A stretch of DNA of 64,000 nucleotides from Minutocellus sp. GHC0000111 (Eukaryota). Where the stretch lies: contig OZ361260.1 in NCBI GenBank assembly GCA_977018835.1, forward strand, positions 3,286,001 to 3,350,000. The letters are read 5' to 3'. Positions within the stretch are counted from its first letter, which is position 1, and each line of letters begins with the position of its first letter. Of the stretch, positions 1 to 10,584 are shown piece by piece. The position numbers and the translations under genes are program-made. The notes beneath the pieces were generated by a model, which did no database searches, was not told the DNA's origin, and saw only the letters and a program-made list of their open reading frames with translations.

Positions 1-769
1 GAATAAGGTCCGCTATTACTTCTAAGTCGGTTTCTGTAAGTTTGTCCCCAGAATGGGCATCAGGATCATCATTATTGGTATCGTTAGTTGGGGCTACTAC
101 TAGTATAGAGCCCGCAGGAGACCTGCTTTCTACCCTGGACTTTTGGTTCTTCCTAGACAACTGATTTCTCAGTCGAGAAACGAGCATTTCAGCTGTAAAT
201 TCTCGGCCTGCAAAATATTCTTTATGGATTCTCTCCCAGAAACCTCGTCGGACCCTTGTTTTGCCACTTTCCTCAAGATCCTTCGCAACGAGTTCCTCTA
301 CGAGTCTATCGTCCTCCTCCGTGAAGATAGACCTGGCTTTATTGATGCCCGCCTTCTCCAAATTTGTATCAATAATCTTCACCAAGGCCTTCGCTGCACT
401 GTGTGAAAACTTGTAGTGCTTCGCCAACATATCTCCGGCCATCCTTTTGCGCGTCGGTGGCTCACCTGCTTCGTCATCGCTACTATCATATGCCTCAAGC
501 TACCGCTGGTACTCTTCATCAGCTCCCAAACCACATGCCTTGAGCTCGGCTCGAACAATGCCCTCCCACCCGTCGGGAAGCTCGGAGGTATCGATTTCGT
601 TGGGAATAACGAGAGCCGAAGATACGGGCACCGAGGACGGTCCAGCATCTTCTGCTGGTCGTGCCTTTTTACTTTTGCCACTTGCAGTCTCGCCGCCTTC
701 ACCCGCACCTTCACCCACGCCCGAGGGCAAAGATTCCCCTTCGGTGCTCTTGCGCTTCACGCTGACCAT
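1..769 (-). CDS. Myb/SANT-like domain protein (3' end outside window) with one in-frame TAG at 500-502
   Basis: ORF 500..769 continues in the same frame past TAG (CGG TAG CTT) with no further stop to position 2. My translation gives ...EEYQR*LEAYDSSDDEAG...RSIFTEEDDRLVEELVAKDLEESGKTRVRRGFWERIHKEYFAGREFTAEMLVSRLRNQL..., which resembles a Myb/SANT repeat (FTxEED..L...W..I...F.GR). Confidence 0.5.
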
Positions 770-886
770 AACACCGACGGTTATTCAAATCATGTGTTGG
801 ATTTGAGAAAGTTAACGAGAAAGTTGCAAGAGGTGTTCTGCCCCCTATTATTCTACATCTGGGAGACCCCTAAATGTAATTGACGT

Positions 887-2509
887 ATGGCGGACAGACA
901 TCCCACATCGTCATACGTCAGATCGTCAACTCGTCAACGTCACTTTGCTTTTCATTTCTCGGTCATGGCCATGGCCGTCGAATGTAGCACAGCCGGCGCC
1001 AGGAGCATGGCAGCAAAGACGGGGGCGCCACGCCGTTCACGGAGAGCATGTCTCATCATCCTCTTTTCATTAGTATCAACAATTTCCGCCAAGGGCACAT
1101 CGTCACATTATCATGGCGTCCACCCGCGAGCATCACGCCAACTTCACGGTGTCATGGCCAGCCAACACGTACGTCAGCGGCCATCGATGACAACATTGAA
1201 TCTGCTCCGAGGCGGCGGTGTTGGGCGAAGCAGCAAAAATAATGAGGTTGCCGCCAAATCTGCAACTGCAACAGCATCGGCAGAGCAGGCATCGCAGCCC
1301 TCGCTTGTTCCACTCCTCACCTCTACACTGCTACTCATGATCTCCCTATCAATTGTCTCGCTGTCACCCACACCGATACTGATCGATCAATTTGGACCCT
1401 CCCGAGCGACCCACATCCTTTCTACAATTGCCGCCGTTGCTGCGGCATCGGAGATAATCCTCAGCCCGATATTGGGAGCGCTGCTCGACTCCATGGGACG
1501 GAAACCGGCGCTGCTGGCCTCCATATCGTCGGTGGCAATCATGCATGCACTGGTATCTACCAACACCAATGCCCTACCTGTGTGCATTGCGCGGTATTTG
1601 TGCTATGTGGCGCTCCCTCAATTCTTCGTGGCGTCGCAGGCTGTGGCGGGAGATGTACTGATGTCGACGCCCGATAAGATGGGATCACTGCTCGGTATTC
1701 AGAGCGCGTTAATCAGTGGAGGTTTCATCGGAGGAGTAAAAATCGCTGCACTTCTCGGAGAACGCGGACCAAAGGTTGCATATGGCGCATCATCCCTCCT
1801 GGCCGTTGTATCAGGCATGATATTAGCGTTCGGTCAAAGAGAAACCTTGGACGAGACACATAAGGTGCCATTTGATGTCAAGGAGACGAAGCGCAAAGTG
1901 ATTCAAGCGCCTATTGCTGCAGGACACCTCCTTGTTGGAAGAGGTCGAAAGATTGGCTTACTGGCACTGCTCTTTTCGCTACAATCGATGCCTACATTCA
2001 TTGGTGATGTGTTTCAGGTCTTCTGTCGAGACTTTTGGGGTCTTGAACAAAGTGCTGTTGGCGATGTTATCGCCGTGTTTGGTCTGTCGGGCATTATTGC
2101 CTCAGTTGTTGGAAGCATCCTCGTTGGAAGACTTGGCGTCCAAAATTTTACGTCACTCGCGATTTTATCGTCGTCGTTCTTTCCCATTGCGGCGATGCAC
2201 TCATACAAGGCTTCTCTATTTGCCCTGGCTCTGGGATTTCTTGGTTCTTGTCAAACAATCGGTGTCGTCGCCGAGCTGACTGCTCAAGTATCCGTATCTG
2301 GGGCTCGACAAGGTGAAATTGCCGGTGAACGGGGGGCTCTTCTTGCCATCACAAAGATGGTCGCCCCTCTCATGTACGGAGGCCTTTACATCGTTGGATC
2401 ATCGCTGGGTTTCCCACAGCTGATCTTTGCATTCAATATCGTTTTGGCCTTAGTTGTTTCGTACTTTCTCGTCAGGATGTTTGGCGATAGAAATGGGCAG
2501 AGATATTAG
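887..2509 (+). CDS. Major facilitator superfamily transporter (DHA1/TetA-like) with N-terminal extension
   Basis: 540-aa ORF with about 12 hydrophobic segments and MFS motif A (LGALLDSMGRKP; second-half LVGRLGVQ). True start may be 965 or later. Confidence 0.85.
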   Translation: MADRHPTSSYVRSSTRQRHFAFHFSVMAMAVECSTAGARSMAAKTGAPRRSRRACLIILFSLVSTISAKGTSSHYHGVHPRASRQLHGVMASQHVRQRPSMTTLNLLRGGGVGRSSKNNEVAAKSATATASAEQASQPSLVPLLTSTLLLMISLSIVSLSPTPILIDQFGPSRATHILSTIAAVAAASEIILSPILGALLDSMGRKPALLASISSVAIMHALVSTNTNALPVCIARYLCYVALPQFFVASQAVAGDVLMSTPDKMGSLLGIQSALISGGFIGGVKIAALLGERGPKVAYGASSLLAVVSGMILAFGQRETLDETHKVPFDVKETKRKVIQAPIAAGHLLVGRGRKIGLLALLFSLQSMPTFIGDVFQVFCRDFWGLEQSAVGDVIAVFGLSGIIASVVGSILVGRLGVQNFTSLAILSSSFFPIAAMHSYKASLFALALGFLGSCQTIGVVAELTAQVSVSGARQGEIAGERGALLAITKMVAPLMYGGLYIVGSSLGFPQLIFAFNIVLALVVSYFLVRMFGDRNGQRY

Positions 2510-2522
2510 CATTCAAAATTGT

Positions 2523-3644
2523 CTACCTATCTATTATTTGCTTATCCAAATACACATGCCTGTCGGCCAAGTACTCGTCTTGGATACTCGTAAGCACTTT
2601 ATTGCGGCGGCCGTATTTTCTTTTCAACTCTTTCAACTTGGCAACAATGAAGTTGATTTGATGTTTTGTATAAGTTGGCTTGTAACTCTTATCTCGACGA
2701 ACCGCGGAAGAGCGGTTGTGGATGGTATGGTGCCATATCTCTTTCGTTCTGTTGTATTCAGAAGGGAAATCAAGGAATCTCGCAATGTCTGATAATAAGC
2801 GAGGGCCACTTTTTTCATTAACCAAATCATCAAATTTGGCAATGAACAATGTATCAGACCGATTGAATCGTTCAACCCAATACGAAAAATGATTTGTCCA
2901 GTACTCTGTTTGATTTCGAACATTTTCCCCCTCGCGCCACTGGATCCATTCCTCTTCTGGTGCTTGCTTCTGATATTGCAAAGCCTTGGAACCTTTCTTA
3001 TGAAACGTATTGAACCAATTGTAGTAGGACGGTATTGCAGTGAATGGCGACCGTAGCATCAGTACAGCTCGCTTGGCAAACTCTACCGTGGGCTGCCCTT
3101 CCCATGGGCCGTGAGATTTAATCGCAACAACATCTTGGGTAGTCATCTCTCCACAGAATGGATGTGGCATTGACGTGTACAGAGATTCGTCACCATAAAT
3201 TCTGCCAGTCCATACTCCTGTCGTCATCTCGATGAGCAATCGGGTAATGGTAGAGCCGCTGCCGGGATAAGAAGCCAACACAGTTGGTATGCACGATGAA
3301 TTGAATGCTGGCCGAGCATGTTCGCGTTTATAGTTGGTGCAAATGAGAGACTTGCGCCCTATCCGCACACCGGGCCTTGCACGACGAGCATGGGAGTGAC
3401 CAAGCGACAACTGAAATATCAACGTAACGATCACTACGAAAAGTAGAACACACAATTTTTGCAGCTGCCATTCCAAGGTATCATCCGATGAGCTGCTGCT
3501 GTATCGCCTCTTGAAATGAGGGTCCCTTCTGGTAGGCCTTCTGATGGGAGTACGCGAGCTCCCGGTGCCGGCGGCATGCGGGGTGGTGCTTCGTTGGTTC
3601 CTTCGAGAGCCGCGTGCCAGAGGTCGAAGCTCAGCTTCTTGCAT
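2523..3644 (-). CDS. Type II membrane sulfotransferase-like protein (WSCD-like)
   Basis: N-terminal TM (LCVLLFVVIVTLIF), PAPS-binding loop LASYPGSGSTITRLLIE, and IKSH and LMLRSPFTAIPSYYN motifs. Confidence 0.75.
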   Translation of the reverse strand: MQEAELRPLARGSRRNQRSTTPHAAGTGSSRTPIRRPTRRDPHFKRRYSSSSSDDTLEWQLQKLCVLLFVVIVTLIFQLSLGHSHARRARPGVRIGRKSLICTNYKREHARPAFNSSCIPTVLASYPGSGSTITRLLIEMTTGVWTGRIYGDESLYTSMPHPFCGEMTTQDVVAIKSHGPWEGQPTVEFAKRAVLMLRSPFTAIPSYYNWFNTFHKKGSKALQYQKQAPEEEWIQWREGENVRNQTEYWTNHFSYWVERFNRSDTLFIAKFDDLVNEKSGPRLLSDIARFLDFPSEYNRTKEIWHHTIHNRSSAVRRDKSYKPTYTKHQINFIVAKLKELKRKYGRRNKVLTSIQDEYLADRHVYLDKQIIDR

Positions 3645-4037
3645 CCTGGCGGAGCATGGGCGGCGGCTGTGTATGCATGACGCTGGCGTGGGCGTGGGTA
3701 CTGCTCACGGTACGGTAAAATGATATGAGCCGGCGATTGATCGATCGAGCAGAGCGGACGACTGCAACTGACGACGAACAGACGAGTGAGACACACTTTT
3801 CGCGCAAAAAGCTCCCCCACGATACGAGGAGCGCTGGAGTTGAGTTTGCCGGAGAGGCTTCGCATCGAGCGCTTTCGATGACGTTCGACCACCAGATGCG
3901 CTGCTGCTCTACCCGGCTCTTTTCATCCCGTCATAAAATACAACAAGCAAAGAAAAGAAACATAATCTTCTAATCTAATCACCCATCAACATCATAAAGC
4001 ACATAATCGAAATCACTCCTTCTAGAAAATTGTCACG

Positions 4038-4505
4038 ATGAAATCAACTCTGCTCGCATCTACTTTGGCCATCCTCCTTGCCCTCTTCATTGTTCTGCAC
4101 CCGTCATCCGTTGCCGCTGCTGATGCTCCAATTTCATCTCCTAAAAATACTACCGACAGAGAACGCAAGCACCTGCGCACTCGACATTCTTCTCCTCCGC
4201 CGCGCCTTCTTGCCTCGGAGGAGTTGTTGTATCTCAACGACTTTGAGAATCCAAACTCGCCGCTCGATTACAACGATGGTTGCGGCGGTGTGTACGATTC
4301 TTACGGGAGACCACTACAGCGACTCTACAATACTCCCGGATTCGAGTTTTATAACCGATTCTATTCAGCTGGCCAGGGTGCTCTCTCCTTACAGAACAAT
4401 GTCTACACGAATCCTCAGAAAATTGGAGGTCAATATGCGATTGCATTTCGTACTTGGGATATCTACCTAACGATGTTGGTATGCATGTTTCTCCAATTGA
4501 TATGA
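4038..4505 (+). CDS. Secreted hypothetical protein, possibly truncated
   Basis: Signal peptide MKSTLLASTLAILLALFIVLHPSSVAA and a diatom-style RxLR/RLL propeptide. Its 3' end collides with the convergent gene. Confidence 0.45.
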   Translation: MKSTLLASTLAILLALFIVLHPSSVAAADAPISSPKNTTDRERKHLRTRHSSPPPRLLASEELLYLNDFENPNSPLDYNDGCGGVYDSYGRPLQRLYNTPGFEFYNRFYSAGQGALSLQNNVYTNPQKIGGQYAIAFRTWDIYLTMLVCMFLQLI

Positions 4506-5473
4506 AAGGTGACGGGAGGTGCCAAGGCATGCGCATCCAAGAGAAGTTTATTTTTGGGTTGTCGATGGGTAAAACCGATGAGGGAACGCCAACCGCTTTC
4601 AACTTTTCTTGACTTTCTACATGATCACCAAGGATGATTCGAAGTCGAACCCGAAGATATTTTGATATCATGAAAGAGAAGGCATCTACCACAGTCATCC
4701 AAGCGCCCTCATCAAGGCAGACGAAGAAGCTGGCAAACCTCAGTGTTTTGGCGCGAAAAATTCGACTGACACGCCGAGATTTTTCAAAATCAAAGCATTG
4801 TTCCACCCCCCCCCAACATTGTAGACCACATTTACGACTCCTAATTTCTGAACGTCTTCATCTTCAGATATGACATTGGAAACATACCAAAGTACCTTCA
4901 AAATATTTTCTCTGCGCTTTTATAGCAATCACTGATGGCTCTGTAGTAAAATAGAACCTTGCGATTGTTGGTATCAGGTTGTTGGAGGACTTGAAGATAT
5001 CCCATGATCAACATGTCCAAGTCATCTTCATCCAAATCAGACAGCAATATTTCTCGCCCAAGAAGGTCCTCGCCGAACAGTTCGAGCTTCTCCTCGAAAT
5101 GTAGAACGAGTCGACTAGCGGCAAGAGCCGCATCAAATTTCTCAGCTCGCAGGAATTTCAGGCGAAACTTTTTGTCTAAAACATACTCTCGATTCGACTT
5201 CAGTGCCTTGTTGTACGCCTGTTTCCTATGGAAATTAATTCGCAACAATTCCAAGTCCAATTTGAGCAGAGACTCATCGATCAGAGAGGGAGGCTCAAAT
5301 TCACGAGCGAATGCGCTCGGCTCCTTCCCTCGAATGAACAGACGACCTTTGGCCTCAGTCCCAGACAGATCGCGCCACACCTGCTTCTGCTCTGTTTCGG
5401 GCAGCTGAGAATACTCCCGAAGCGCTGTCTTTAGAGAATGGCAGTATGTGAGAATGTTTTGTACCAGGCTCAT
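4500..5473 (-). CDS. Diatom CRAL-TRIO/SEC14-like family protein (split by intron and/or frameshift; 3' boundary approximate)
   Basis: ORF 4898..5473 has FRLKFLRAEKFDAALAASRLVLHFEEKLELFG...REILLSDLDEDD...GYLQVL..D..NRKV. ORF 4234..4806 supplies the typical tail RVRLRIILGDHVESQEKLKAVGVPSSVLPID. Confidence 0.7.
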
Positions 5474-5783
5474 CCTTATTTAGTACTCATGTTTGCTTGT
5501 ACGGGCTATTTCTATTTCTGATTTGTTATGCCATCATCATGGTCGTGCATGCTTCGCTTCTTTTTTGTTGACACCGCCGTCAGTCGAGCCGGCGAAGTCT
5601 GAGAGTTCGCCGAGCCACATTTTTTTTACTGTTAGCCCATGGCGGAAAGCAGCAGCAGAACGCGCAGAGCAGCAGAGCCGTAGATCCACTAGAGCTAGCT
5701 ACGTAGAGCTAGCTCAAGCTACACTAGATCAGTATACGCCCAATCTCACGATAAAGGCGACAGCTATCAAACGATCTAGCTTA

Positions 5784-8165
5784 TTAATGATCAAGTTTCC
5801 ATCTCAAGGTTCGACTGGCACCAAAGGAAGCCCGTTGATGTCCATCATCACCTCTCGCCCTCCCTTCTCCGGAAGCAACAGAGGTAAAGCTCGCTCTCAT
5901 CCGTTCTTGTTCCAGTTCAATGTCACTCATGCCCACAGATCGGCCTTTACCTCTCATTTCTTCCTGATAATCGAAGATATCGCGAGTGCTGCGCTCAGGG
6001 ATACCGATGCTGCGCTCTCCGGAACCAATCGTATTCATTTCGTCAGTTCCTCCCTCGCTGACGACATCATCATTCGCTCTGGCTCTTCTTTCCATGACTC
6101 GGTCAACGACAAGAACAACACCGATACCCAATAAGAAGCAAATGGATCCAACGATCGCCCAGAGGGCATTTGATGATGTTGTGGGAGCTACAAGCGACCT
6201 TGGTGAAGCATTTTTCGGGGCACCCGTTCTTGATTCTACAGGAGAAAGGTCATTTTCGGAGTCATCGCTGCCGAAGAGGTTGCTCACACTTGAAACGAAG
6301 CTGTCCGTGATGCTCTGGCTACCAGAAATACTTCTGCCGGCAGTGCTGAATAGCCTCACCCCGGTATCTCTGGAATCCAAGCCGCTTCCATCGACGCATC
6401 CGTTGTGCTCGGCAAAACCGATGCGTCCCTCATCTACATCGAAGAGAACCTCATGGCCCTGGAAGATGTTGGATCCCAAACGACTGATCCCAGAAGGGTC
6501 CTCGATGCTCACAAAGAACTTTATGCTGAAACGGTCGGTAGCGTGATCATACTTTAGGTAGTGAGAGGGAGGAATAGCAATCACTACATCAAATGGATGA
6601 TGAGTGTCGAGATTGCGATAGGCAGCCAAACCGGGTATTGTTGATGGGTCGTCTCCAGTTTGTTCGGCATTATCAGCTTCAAGCTGAAGGAGCACCGTGG
6701 GTAACGTACGGACTTCCTCGTTTGTAAGCTCCATACCTAGATAGCTAAACTTTCGCCCGGACATGTCTTCAAATGCGCCAATAAAGTCCTTCCCCAGGGC
6801 ACGGTCGAAGTAGGTGTAGGAAAGTTCCGTGTCGACTGAAACGCCGGGTAGACTTCCATTGACACCTCCATTTATTCGATCGTAGTCGACTTGATCAAGT
6901 GCATAGACGGTAGCATCTTCGCCGTAGTCATTGCCGATGGAAGCCAGGGACGGAACAGGTCCATCGCCGATGGAGGCTGCACTCTCGATGTCACCTTGTC
7001 GGAGGTAGACTTTGCGAAGGCGGACGGCGTAGCTAACCCTAACTTTGATAGTTGTTTCTTGGTTGTTTTGATTTTCCTTTTCCAAGGCAGAATTCCGAGC
7101 AAACACGAGGGGGGTGATATGATGCCCTCGGTCGACATCACCCAAAGACACGTCGTTGTCATTTCTCCCCATTCGACCATCCGCGATATCATCTGCCTCC
7201 CTTTCCTCGTCGCTTAGTACCACCCCAAAGCTCATCTTATCGAAACAAAGTCCAAATCGACGATTAGGTATGATTCCCTCACTGACCAGCATACTAAGGA
7301 ACGACGTTGGTGCTGCACTCATGCCCACCAGCCCCGCACCCCTCCAACGGGCGTCGTCCTTCTCATCGCCATCTCCATCGACATCGCCGTACGCACCCAG
7401 GTTCTGGGCCGCGAATCCCTCGGCCTGAGAGAGGCAGTCAATGGCAAGAGGCAAGGTCACACTGTCCTTCTTTCCTACTTTGCTTGTAGTTGAGCGGCTG
7501 TTAAAGCTGTTATCCGCCTGATTGAAGAGTAGAGTTGCGATGTCCGTGACTTTCATGGCGGTGTAGGTACCATCCTGGACAAAACCCTTCTCATTGGTGA
7601 TGGTGGAACCAATCGTTGAGGTGGAAAGACACATGCCACCGGTGTTGGCACCACACTGATATTGGTGCGATGGATTTAGGGATGATGGACAAGTGGAGCA
7701 TTCGGTGAATACGGCAGTATCGCTGACAGCTGGATCGTAGCACGCGCGCAAATCATCCACATCATCAATCTTGCCGGCAAAGTCAGCATCAGTGGCCTCG
7801 GGACATGCGTTGCATCCGTTGCATCTCGCGCATGGGAGGAGGAGGGGGACATCCAGACCAGTGCTGATAGCAAAGGTGTGAGGAGATTGGTTCGAGCCAA
7901 GCAAAAGCACGAGGGTGTGCGTCTGCCGATGGGGGGTAGATGTGACGATGTTACCGATTGAGGGTGCTTCGGCGACTTCTTCATCGTCGGCAAGGATTCT
8001 GCCCTTTCTCTTCTTCTTCTTTCTTTGCAGTCGCTTTGAAGTAGATTGTTTCGTAGTAGTAGTGCTAGCGGCGAGTTCGCGTCGAATGATCCCACCGTCC
8101 GACGATGACCCAGCAAAACAAAGATACGCCCCAACCAGACAAGTGCTCCCCGCGATTATGGTCAC
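5784..8165 (-). CDS. Membrane-anchored A1 aspartic protease-like protein, probably catalytically dead (5' end uncertain)
   Basis: Pepsin-fold landmarks: PCARCNGC insert, GAGLVGM, FGLCF, LPTVLLQL, IPPSHYL, LGSNIFQGHEVLFDVDEGRIGFA, and a C-terminal TM. The catalytic motifs read ISTG and VDTE. The ORF begins at GTG. Confidence 0.75.
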   Translation of the reverse strand: MTIIAGSTCLVGAYLCFAGSSSDGGIIRRELAASTTTTKQSTSKRLQRKKKKRKGRILADDEEVAEAPSIGNIVTSTPHRQTHTLVLLLGSNQSPHTFAISTGLDVPLLLPCARCNGCNACPEATDADFAGKIDDVDDLRACYDPAVSDTAVFTECSTCPSSLNPSHQYQCGANTGGMCLSTSTIGSTITNEKGFVQDGTYTAMKVTDIATLLFNQADNSFNSRSTTSKVGKKDSVTLPLAIDCLSQAEGFAAQNLGAYGDVDGDGDEKDDARWRGAGLVGMSAAPTSFLSMLVSEGIIPNRRFGLCFDKMSFGVVLSDEEREADDIADGRMGRNDNDVSLGDVDRGHHITPLVFARNSALEKENQNNQETTIKVRVSYAVRLRKVYLRQGDIESAASIGDGPVPSLASIGNDYGEDATVYALDQVDYDRINGGVNGSLPGVSVDTELSYTYFDRALGKDFIGAFEDMSGRKFSYLGMELTNEEVRTLPTVLLQLEADNAEQTGDDPSTIPGLAAYRNLDTHHPFDVVIAIPPSHYLKYDHATDRFSIKFFVSIEDPSGISRLGSNIFQGHEVLFDVDEGRIGFAEHNGCVDGSGLDSRDTGVRLFSTAGRSISGSQSITDSFVSSVSNLFGSDDSENDLSPVESRTGAPKNASPRSLVAPTTSSNALWAIVGSICFLLGIGVVLVVDRVMERRARANDDVVSEGGTDEMNTIGSGERSIGIPERSTRDIFDYQEEMRGKGRSVGMSDIELEQERMRASFTSVASGEGRARGDDGHQRASFGASRTLRWKLDH

Positions 8166-8613
8166 ATCCCGCCTCCTACGCCTCTGCCGTCGTTGGTCTC
8201 TTTGTCTCTCATCACTGCAAGTGCTACTTGTAGCCTTCTGGGATCTGGCCGAAAAGACCGACAGTGACTTGCTGCAATATCTTGCGCTTGTTTGTTCGGG
8301 AGAGTGATTGCGAAAGCAAAGATATCAAATGCCGGTCGACCTCCTGTTTCTTCAATTCTAACGAGCTAGTATTGCCAATCGTTGAATGCCAACGAGGATG
8401 TAATGCATCGTTATCGCTACGAGATGGACGTTATCTGAGCGGCGCTGCTCTCCTGGAGGGTGGGTCATGGTGTCATCGCATGCCTTTCATGCGATGACTA
8501 CATACGTACTTACGACAAACTACGTACGACGGAATTCGTACGTACAGCCTTGGACAGCTAAATCGCTCATTTCTCGAGCCGCACGATGATGAAGTCAGCT
8601 TGCCGCCGCTGAT

Positions 8614-10485
8614 GTGGAATCGCTCCAGAAGAACAGCAAATTCAGCAGCAGCAGCAGCAAGCACACTTACTACGGGGCCGCCACCATGCCGCAAAAGTTC
8701 CGGACGGACACCACGTCCTCCAAACGTCAGGCCAAGTACCAGTACAGTCCCTACGAGCCGGCGTCGGGTTCGTCATCGGTCAAGTCGCATTACAGCGGTC
8801 CATCGGGACCGGCCTCCGTATCCAATGGCGGGCCACAGCATCCCCAGGCATTGCGAAAGGGCGGTGTGCCCGGCGGATCTCCTCCCAACGCATCCAACAG
8901 TGCGACAAGGTCGGCCTCCAGCAGCGGCAGCAGCGGCGCCGGCAATCGAGCCCTCACCCTGCTAGTCGTCCTCGGCGGCATGCTGTACCTGTTGTTGCAG
9001 CTCATTGCCCTTCGGCAGTCGGAATTTCGCTACTCCGTGGCGGAATCTCGATTCATCGCCTCCCATCGCCACGGTCATGCTGGCGGCGGCGGCGGTGGGC
9101 TCCACTCCCACCGCAAGATCCACGACCACAACCTGCACGTCGAAGATGGCAGGGGCAACGTCGACGTCCTCGTCGATGGGGCCGTGTCGAACATGGATCT
9201 GGGGAACACCTACGGCAACGCCGCCGGTGGGCACGAGGGGAGGGGCGAGCTGCGCGTCAGGCTGCCCAATGGGAGGGGGGAGATGCTGCGGCCGGCGCCG
9301 CACTTGGCTCTCAATGTCGGCGGGGAGGCATGGGACGAGGATCGACGGAGGGATCACGACAACAACAATAACGAGAATGGTGGGTTGAGGGGTAATGACG
9401 GGGATGGCGATGGCGATGGGGATGGGGATGGATGGGAGCCCGAACCACCGCCCGATGAAGCCATAATATTAGACGGCGAGGGAGGCGATGGCACCGAGGG
9501 CGGTGGTGCCCCGTTGAATGCCGATGCCGCCATTGCCCGGGCCAAGCAGTCGCAGAGAGATGCCGATCGGGAGAAACGCAATACCAACGGCCGGCGCAAA
9601 CGCAAGGGGGGTGGGGGAGACGCGGCAGGCGGTGATGGACGACTCAAGAAGGTCCGGGCCGAGGCCATGGGGCACTTCAAGGCGCACGAGGTCGACGCCG
9701 ACGTCAATCGGCCCGCTTCCCTCACCGACCTGGTTCACAAGATGATGCCAGATAATTTAGAATATGCATCGGATGTGTCGACGAGGCCGGACCCGGAAAA
9801 TCCCGACGTGCCAATTTGCTGGGACATACCCGCGAGCGGATCGGACCTGATGGCAACGATTGCCAAGGAATGTCTCCATTTGGGCACGGTCACCAATTTG
9901 CAACGTGCCAAGGAGGGGTAGGGACTCAAGCCGGAGGATGGCGTGGTCCTAACGCCGGACATATGGAACGCAATCGATTACTTGGATGGGATCAATCACG
10001 GGCGATTGTTTGGGCTGTTCCTCCACCCTGTTCATCGGGCAGTCCGGATGTTGGCCGAGCAGAAGGAAGAGGATCCTGTGGGCATTGGGCGATTAGGGAC
10101 GCTCGAGGAATATGCGCGGAGTAAGTACCACGAGCCCAACTGGATGGTAAGGCATCTGGCCGGAGTCCCAAGCAGTGATAAACCGACGGCCAATGATCTG
10201 GCCGTCGCCAAGGAAGTAATGAGGACGAAATTTATCGTTGGGATTCTACCATATAATGACGGATCATTGAAGAGATTTGAAGAACATTTCGGTTGGATCT
10301 ATCCAGCAAAGGGCGGTGTGGAGTGTCGACAAAGTGCTATTGCCGGTGCCACTGCGGCAGAAAAGAGCAATGTGAAGGAGGGCAGTCCTGGTTGGGTCGC
10401 TTTATCCAAGGCTAACGACTTGGACATTAAGCTCTACGAGTATGCCAATCACTTGTTCTTTGCTCAAAAGGATATGTTTGACTGA
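8614..10485 (+). CDS. Type II membrane sulfotransferase-family protein interrupted by an in-frame TAG at 9919-9921
   Basis: ORFs 8614..9921 and 9943..10485 share a frame. TM LTLLVVLGGMLYLLLQL, then PICWDIPASGS (PAPS-loop-like), FLHPVHRAV, NWMVRHL, SLKRFEEHFGW and NDLDIKLYEYA, typical of diatom sulfotransferase-like proteins. Confidence 0.7.
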
Positions 10486-10584
10486 GGCAATACATAGGGG
10501 ATGGGGATATAAGTCAATTGTAGCCAAAGATTATTGAGACTCCAGTTTATAGTACACACATAGCTAGCTTAAGTAAAATGAAAA

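Noticed and set aside
9918..9930. 13-nt GTAG...AAG micro-intron removing the TAG
   Set aside because: Too short and not a multiple of three.
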